From the NCBI RefSeq assembly GCF_000011125.1, contig NC_000854.2, positions 690,001-722,000 of the forward strand: DNA of 32,000 nucleotides, in the 5' to 3' direction. The first letter of the stretch is position 1. Every line of letters begins with the position of its first letter. The position numbers were made by a program, and so were the translations under genes. This document shows, in pieces, positions 27,248-32,000 of this stretch. A model generated the notes under the pieces. It saw only the letters and a list, made by a program, of their open reading frames with translations. It made no database searches and was not told the origin of the DNA. The DNA is from Aeropyrum pernix K1. GTDB lineage: Archaea; Thermoproteota; Thermoprotei_A; Sulfolobales; Acidilobaceae.

Positions 27248-28997
27248 GAATCTTCGAGATAGAATTGCAAGAGCATCCGAGGGGCCCCACAATGAGGCTG
27301 GGGAGGGGTAGAATCTTCGAGATAGAATTGCAAGTGGGCCCAGGTCCTGCTGTGACAATAGGTTTCCGTTGCTGTGAATCTTCGAGATAGAATTGCAAGA
27401 TCTATAACATCATCGCGTGCAGCAGGGGGCCAGAGGACTTCGAATCTTCGAGATAGAATTGCAAGGGTCCTGGTCTTGCTCCCCCGCGACTACTGGCAGC
27501 TCTTCCAGGGGAATCTTCGAGATAGAATTGCAAGTGAGCCTAGCCAGCTCGGCCCTGTTACGGGCCTCAACCTCAGAATCTTCGAGATAGAATTGCAAGT
27601 CGCCATGTAGTCGTACATCGCCCTCTTCAGCACGTCAGAATCTTCGAGATAGAATTGCAAGCCGCCGAAGAGGGCCCAGCCTATGATTATTCCGAGGCGA
27701 ATCTTCGAGATAGAATTGCAAGTCTTCATCTACAACTTTTACAAAAAAGCATGGGCTCACGGGGAATCTTCGAGATAGAATTGCAAGTGTGCTAAGAGCC
27801 CCGAGAAATGTGTAGCCTCGGAGGGCCCGAATCTTCGAGATAGAATTGCAAGACGTCGAGGTTAGGGTTATGGTGAACGCCCAGGGGCAATTAGAGTATA
27901 CCGAGAATCTTCGAGATAGAATTGCAAGAAGGCAATACTCAGGATAGACAGGTACGCCAGGCAGGAGGTAGGAATCTTCGAGATAGAATTGCAAGCGACT
28001 GTGGCTATAGCCAGGGCACCGACGACACCGTACTTCGAATCTTCGAGATAGAATTGCAAGCCTCTCCCCCTACACGACAACGAGGAAGACGGGGCCCTGA
28101 ATCTTCGAGATAGAATTGCAAGGCTAAGCAGTGCATACGACACTTCCTTACCCTGCCGATCGAGAATCTCCGAGATAGAATTGCAAGATCGCATAAGGGC
28201 TACAGGAATCCACGTAGAGTTGCTAGGGAAAGAATCTCCGAGATAGAATTGCAAGGCTGTAGAGGGCGGCGTAGTGGAAAGCCCGCCTCCGCCAGAATCT
28301 CCGAGATAGAATTGCAAGACAAACTGGTTTTCATGTATCTGTGTCTCTGTAGCCGTATCAATAGCATGAATCTCCGAGATAGAATTGCAAGCTTTCCCGT
28401 CCACTCCAACGAAATCCACGATAGATAGTATTGGAATCTCCGAGATAGAATTGCAAGGCGGCGCGGCAGTAGGAGGTCTAGCATGACCCCTATGAGGACG
28501 GAATCTCCGAGATAGAATTGCAAGCAGAATTTCTGGGGTTTCAGCTTATAACGGCTGGGCGGCAGAGAATCTCCGAGATAGAATTGCAAGAGCTCGTAGA
28601 GGTCAGACTTGTCCACCCTTAGATCGGCCGCCGAATCTCCGAGATAGAATTGCAAGAAGGCAAAGCCGATTGTCAAGCCCAAGCCCCCGGCAATAAAGAA
28701 GAATCTTCGAGATAGAATTGCAAGTGGGTTAGGTGATGCTGTAAGGATGGTAAGTTGGTTCCTCTTGACTAGAATCTTCGAGATAGAATTGCAAGGGCAA
28801 GAAATAACACCACAGCACCCAGACTTAATATAAAAACTGCAGAATCTTCGAGATAGAATTGCAAGAGCATATTCGCAACTTCCTCAAGCGCTTCCTTCGC
28901 CTCTTTGAATCTTCGAGATAGAATTGCAAGTAGGGTCCTCGTGCTACTGGAACCCACTCCTAGGGAGCTCCGGGAATCTTCGAGATAGAATTGCAAG
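27248..28997 (+). CRISPR. CRISPR array: 27 direct repeats of 24 bp (GAATCTTCGAGATAGAATTGCAAG / GAATCTCCGAGATAGAATTGCAAG), 26 spacers of 37-52 bp
   Basis: Counted by hand. Repeat starts: 27248, 27311, 27376, 27442, 27511, 27576, 27638, 27699, 27764, 27829, 27905, 27972, 28037, 28099, 28164, 28232, 28295, 28368, 28434, 28501, 28567, 28633, 28701, 28772, 28842, 28907, 28974. Spacers total 1102 bp. + strand transcription is inferred from the ATTGCAAG 3' end, which resembles the ATTGAAAG crRNA 5' tag of crenarchaeal type I/III arrays. Confidence 0.99.
28164..28656 (+). repeat. Internal block of 8 variant CRISPR repeats (repeats 15-22, T-to-C at repeat position 7)
   Basis: Repeats 15-22 read GAATCTCCGAGATAGAATTGCAAG. 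Repeats 1-14 and 23-27 read GAATCTTCGAGATAGAATTGCAAG. Confidence 0.98.
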
Positions 28998-29057
28998 TGG
29001 TTTGTAGGGCTCTTGCGGCTGTGTGGCATATTTTTATAGCCTCGGCTTGGGCATGTT

Positions 29058-29723
29058 GTGAGGTGGGGATGGCTAGGCTTGGTTAGGGGTGGCATTAGGG
29101 ATACGTGGAGGCTGAAGAAGTGGTTTAAGGTTGTGGCGCCGCCGCTGTTCGGGGAGACTGTGCTGGGGACTACGCCGGCGGATGATCCGGACAAGCTTAT
29201 TGGGAGGGTTATGGAGACTACTCTGTTCGACATCACCGGCGACTATAGCTATGTCCACGTTAAGATGTACTTCCAGGTTGTTAGGGTGGAGGGGGACACG
29301 GCCTACACCCGGTTCAAGGGGCACGAGCTGCTGAGGGACTATATCAGGGGGTTGACGAGGAGGAAGAGCAGCAAGGTCACCGGCATATTCAACGTGTGGA
29401 CCAAGGACGGCTACGGCCTTAGGGTGACGGCGATGGCGTTCACACGGCAGCGCTGCAAGACGAGCCAGAAGAGCGCTATAAGGAAGGTGATGCAGGAGAT
29501 CGTGGAGCAGAAGGCCAGGGAGTCCACGCTGGACGAGCTGATACAGCTCATGGTGTTCAGTGACCACGAGGGCAGCCTGGCCTACCTGATAGACGAGAGC
29601 GCCAGGAAGATATACCCGCTGAGGAAGGTGGAGATTGCGAAGAGCAAGCTACTCTGGGTCCCCGGCCCCAACGGGCCGGAGAAGGCCGTCGTCGTCTCGC
29701 CCCTCCAGCTGAAGGTCACATGA
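29058..29723 (+). CDS. rps3ae: Small ribosomal subunit protein S3Ae
   Basis: RDTWRLKKWFKVVAPPLFGETVLGTTPADDPDKLIGRVMETTLFDITGDYSYVHVKMYFQV...RRKSSKVTGIFNVWTKDGYGLRV. GTG start at 29058; an internal TTG is possible. Confidence 0.95.
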   Translation: MRWGWLGLVRGGIRDTWRLKKWFKVVAPPLFGETVLGTTPADDPDKLIGRVMETTLFDITGDYSYVHVKMYFQVVRVEGDTAYTRFKGHELLRDYIRGLTRRKSSKVTGIFNVWTKDGYGLRVTAMAFTRQRCKTSQKSAIRKVMQEIVEQKARESTLDELIQLMVFSDHEGSLAYLIDESARKIYPLRKVEIAKSKLLWVPGPNGPEKAVVVSPLQLKVT

Positions 29724-30841
29724 AACCCCTGAGGGGGTGCCCCGGCACGGCGGCGGCTGGCGGGGAGGCCCCCTGCCTCCTCGTGAAGACCAGCCTGGGC
29801 TTCGAGAGGATAGCGGCGGCCAGGATCGAGGAGGAGGCGCCCCACCTCAGGGCGAGGCCCATCCCCCGCGGCTTCAAGGGCCTAGTCCTAGTATACGGCT
29901 GCCGAGACCCCGAGGCCGACGCCCGGCTGATCCTAGAGAGGGTTGTGGAGGCCGACAGGGTTCTCGTCGTCCACGCGGTCTCGAGGGCCAGCCTGGAGGA
30001 GATGGCGGCCGCCGCGGCGGAGGCGGCCCGGGGTAGGATAGGGGGTGGCGAGTGCTTCGCCGTCAGGACGACGAGGAGGGGTAGCCACGGCTATACCAGC
30101 GTGGATGTGAACGTCGTCGTGGGTGACGCGGTCAGGAGGGCTACGGGGGCCTGCGTCAACCTGGAGAGCCCCGACAAGGTTGTGGCGGTGGAGATTATCC
30201 AGGACCTCGCCCTCATCTCAATCTACCCCGGCAGCATGGAGTGGAGGAAGATGAGGGGGAAGCACCCAGTCCTCCCCCTCCTCTCCAGGGTTGCCGTCGT
30301 TCAGATGCCCTACCTCGGCCCCCTGGACGCCTGCAGGAACATGGGGGTGAGGATAGGGAGGGAGGTGCAGAACTTCGAGGTGAGGGAGCTCGTTGTGGCC
30401 CCCACGGGGCTGGTGGATGCGAGGCAGCTGGCCGAGTTCCTCCAGGGGGTGTTCGAGGGTGTTGAGAGCAGGTTTGAGGTGCAGAGGAAGAGCTACCACA
30501 GGCGGGCCAGGAGGGTGCCCGTCTACCTCCAGGACCTCCACCAGCTCGTGAGGGATAGGAGGGGCGAGCCGATTATAGTGATGGAGCCTGAGGGGGAGCA
30601 CATATCGAGGGTGGCCGACAGGCTGTGGGAGATGTTCCGGGGGTCGAGGAGGGTTAACGTGCTCGTGGGCAGCAGGGAGGGCATACCCCTGGGCGTATAT
30701 AGGTACGCGGACCTCGTGGTGGATATAGCACCGGGGATAACCCTCTCCACGGACTACGCCGCCGCCAGCGCCCTGGTGGCGATAGCCACGGTCCTCTACG
30801 AGAGGTCCTCCCAGCTGGAGGAGGGTGGTGGGGGTGGCTAG
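29720..30841 (+). CDS. THUMP-domain RNA-binding protein
   Basis: LVKTSLGFERIAAARIEEEAPHLRARPIPRGFKGLVLVYG...CFAVRTTRRGSHGYTSVDVNVVVGDAVRRATGACVNLESPDKVVAVEIIQDLALISI: THUMP signature. Overlaps the S3Ae stop. Confidence 0.8.
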   Translation: MKPLRGCPGTAAAGGEAPCLLVKTSLGFERIAAARIEEEAPHLRARPIPRGFKGLVLVYGCRDPEADARLILERVVEADRVLVVHAVSRASLEEMAAAAAEAARGRIGGGECFAVRTTRRGSHGYTSVDVNVVVGDAVRRATGACVNLESPDKVVAVEIIQDLALISIYPGSMEWRKMRGKHPVLPLLSRVAVVQMPYLGPLDACRNMGVRIGREVQNFEVRELVVAPTGLVDARQLAEFLQGVFEGVESRFEVQRKSYHRRARRVPVYLQDLHQLVRDRRGEPIIVMEPEGEHISRVADRLWEMFRGSRRVNVLVGSREGIPLGVYRYADLVVDIAPGITLSTDYAAASALVAIATVLYERSSQLEEGGGGG

Positions 30842-32000
30842 GGGGTTCACAGTCCTCCTCCTATACCCCGGCCCCAGGAGCGTGGCCTACAGCAGCCTCG
30901 CCTTCCACCTGATACGGGGCCTCCTCTCCAGCATGGGGGTTGGTGTTAAGACCGCCTTCCTGGAGGACGGCGTCCTAGAGGCCGGCCAACCCCTCGACCC
31001 CCGGGAGACGAGGGCTGTGCTTGTGAGCCTCCCCTACGAGATCATGTACGCCGACATGGTGAGGGCGCTGGAGCAGCTGGGCCTCAACCCCTGGGCCCGG
31101 GGCCGGGGCGAGGGGGACCCCCTGGTGATCGCGGGGGGGCCAGCGGCGACGGCTAACCCCGCCCCCCTGCTGGACCTGGTGGACGCCGTGCTGGTGGGGG
31201 AGCTGGAGCCTGTGGCTGAGGGGCTTGTGGACGCCCTCCAGGAGCCCACCCGCAGGGGGAGGCTTGAGGCCCTCTCACGCCTCCCCGGAGTCCTCGTCCC
31301 CTCTCTCGAGAACTGGCCCGTGACCAGGGTTTATGTCGAGGACCTCGACGCCGCCTGGTACCCCCTGGACCAGCGTGCCCCCCCGGGTGTTGAGCCGGTT
31401 TGGGGCCGGGGCTTCATTCTGGAGACTAGCCGTGGGTGCGGGAGGGGCTGCAGGTTTTGCATGGAGGGCACGGTCTTCAGGCCAAGGAGGGATAGGAGCC
31501 TCGAGGTCCTCAAGCACCTGCTCCGGGAGGGTGTTAGGGTCAACGGGGCCCAGAGGGTCATATTCTACAGCCTCGTCTTCTTCGACAACAGGGCTAGCGA
31601 CGAGATACTATGGTACGCCGTCGAGGACCTGGGGCTCCAGGCGAGCGTGCCGAGCCTGAGGGCCGAGACACTCACCTGGGAGAGGGCGGGGCTCATAGCC
31701 CGCGGGGGGCAGAGGACTGTGACCATAGCCCCGGAGACCGGCTCCTGCACCATAGCTAGGGCGATACTCAAGCCGATAGGAGGGGATATAACCCTCTGGG
31801 CGGTGGATAACGCCCTAGGCCAGGGCATAACGGGGGTCAAGCTCTACCTCATCACCGGCTTCCCCGGTGAGGGGGAGGAGGACCTCGCCCAGACCAGGGA
31901 CCTAGCTCTCAGGGTGGTTGAGAGGGTTAGGAAGGCCGGGGGGGTGGCGAAGGCCTCGATAAACCCCTTCATGCCCAAGCCCGTAACAGGCATGCAGTGG
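30834..32000 (+). CDS. B12-binding-like / radical SAM protein (3' end beyond window)
   Basis: Not in the ORF track because it is open at the edge. GTG at 30834 gives VARGFTVLLLYPGPRSVAYSSLAFHLIRGLLSSMGVG...LVIAGGPAATANP...FILETSRGCGRGCRFCMEG (CxxxCxxC), TIAPETGSCTIARAILKP, YLITGFPGEGEEDL. Confidence 0.9.
   Translation, partial: MARGFTVLLLYPGPRSVAYSSLAFHLIRGLLSSMGVGVKTAFLEDGVLEAGQPLDPRETRAVLVSLPYEIMYADMVRALEQLGLNPWARGRGEGDPLVIAGGPAATANPAPLLDLVDAVLVGELEPVAEGLVDALQEPTRRGRLEALSRLPGVLVPSLENWPVTRVYVEDLDAAWYPLDQRAPPGVEPVWGRGFILETSRGCGRGCRFCMEGTVFRPRRDRSLEVLKHLLREGVRVNGAQRVIFYSLVFFDNRASDEILWYAVEDLGLQASVPSLRAETLTWERAGLIARGGQRTVTIAPETGSCTIARAILKPIGGDITLWAVDNALGQGITGVKLYLITGFPGEGEEDLAQTRDLALRVVERVRKAGGVAKASINPFMPKPVTGMQW

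Noticed and set aside
28031-28041. Possible additional partial repeats or spacer duplications near repeat 13 (TACTTCGAAT) and in the sequence after repeat 27
   Set aside because: TACTTC is the end of spacer 12, abutting a normal repeat. DNA after 28997 contains no recognisable degenerate 24-mer.
27141-29236. Long minus-strand ORFs rich in repeated LQFYLEDS / LAILSRRF / CNSISKI peptides
   Set aside because: These are translations of the CRISPR repeat on the antisense strand. The 24-bp repeat contains no stop in these frames and the spacers happen to be open.
1-32000. Search for toxin-antitoxin, transposase, restriction-modification, cas, or phage gene clusters
   Set aside because: Apart from the CRISPR array and one PIN-domain gene in a housekeeping context, no ORF in the track carried recognisable hallmarks of these systems.

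Overview
This window is gene-dense and GC-rich, from a hyperthermophilic crenarchaeon. Gene content, protein sequences and the CRISPR repeat are consistent with Aeropyrum; that assignment is inference. Two thirds of it is core informational and metabolic genes: an L31e/L39e/aIF6/L18Ae/prefoldin and PDCD5/S19e/YhbY/RNase P cluster; DNA ligase; Nop2/Sun rRNA methyltransferase; NAD kinase; Trm5; FBP aldolase/phosphatase; MetAP; ABCE1; MetRS; S24e/S27ae. A Kae1-Bud32-HAM1-S15 run follows, then an aspartokinase-asd-hom block, an apparently inactivated DHH/RecJ-like protein, Pcc1, S3Ae, a THUMP protein and a radical-SAM protein cut by the window edge. The most distinctive accessory element is a CRISPR array at 27248..28997, with 27 repeats of 24 bp and 26 spacers of 37-52 bp. 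It lies between pcc1 and rps3ae and has no cas genes in the window. It has a three-block TTC/TCC/TTC repeat-variant pattern and a leader-side region with inverted repeats. No clearly new multi-gene defence system is visible. The best leads are the array's location and repeat history, the KEOPS plus threonine-precursor gene layout, the DHH protein without its metal-binding motif, a possible PD-(D/E)XK-like orphan protein, and a structured GC-rich intergenic region at about 5430-5700.
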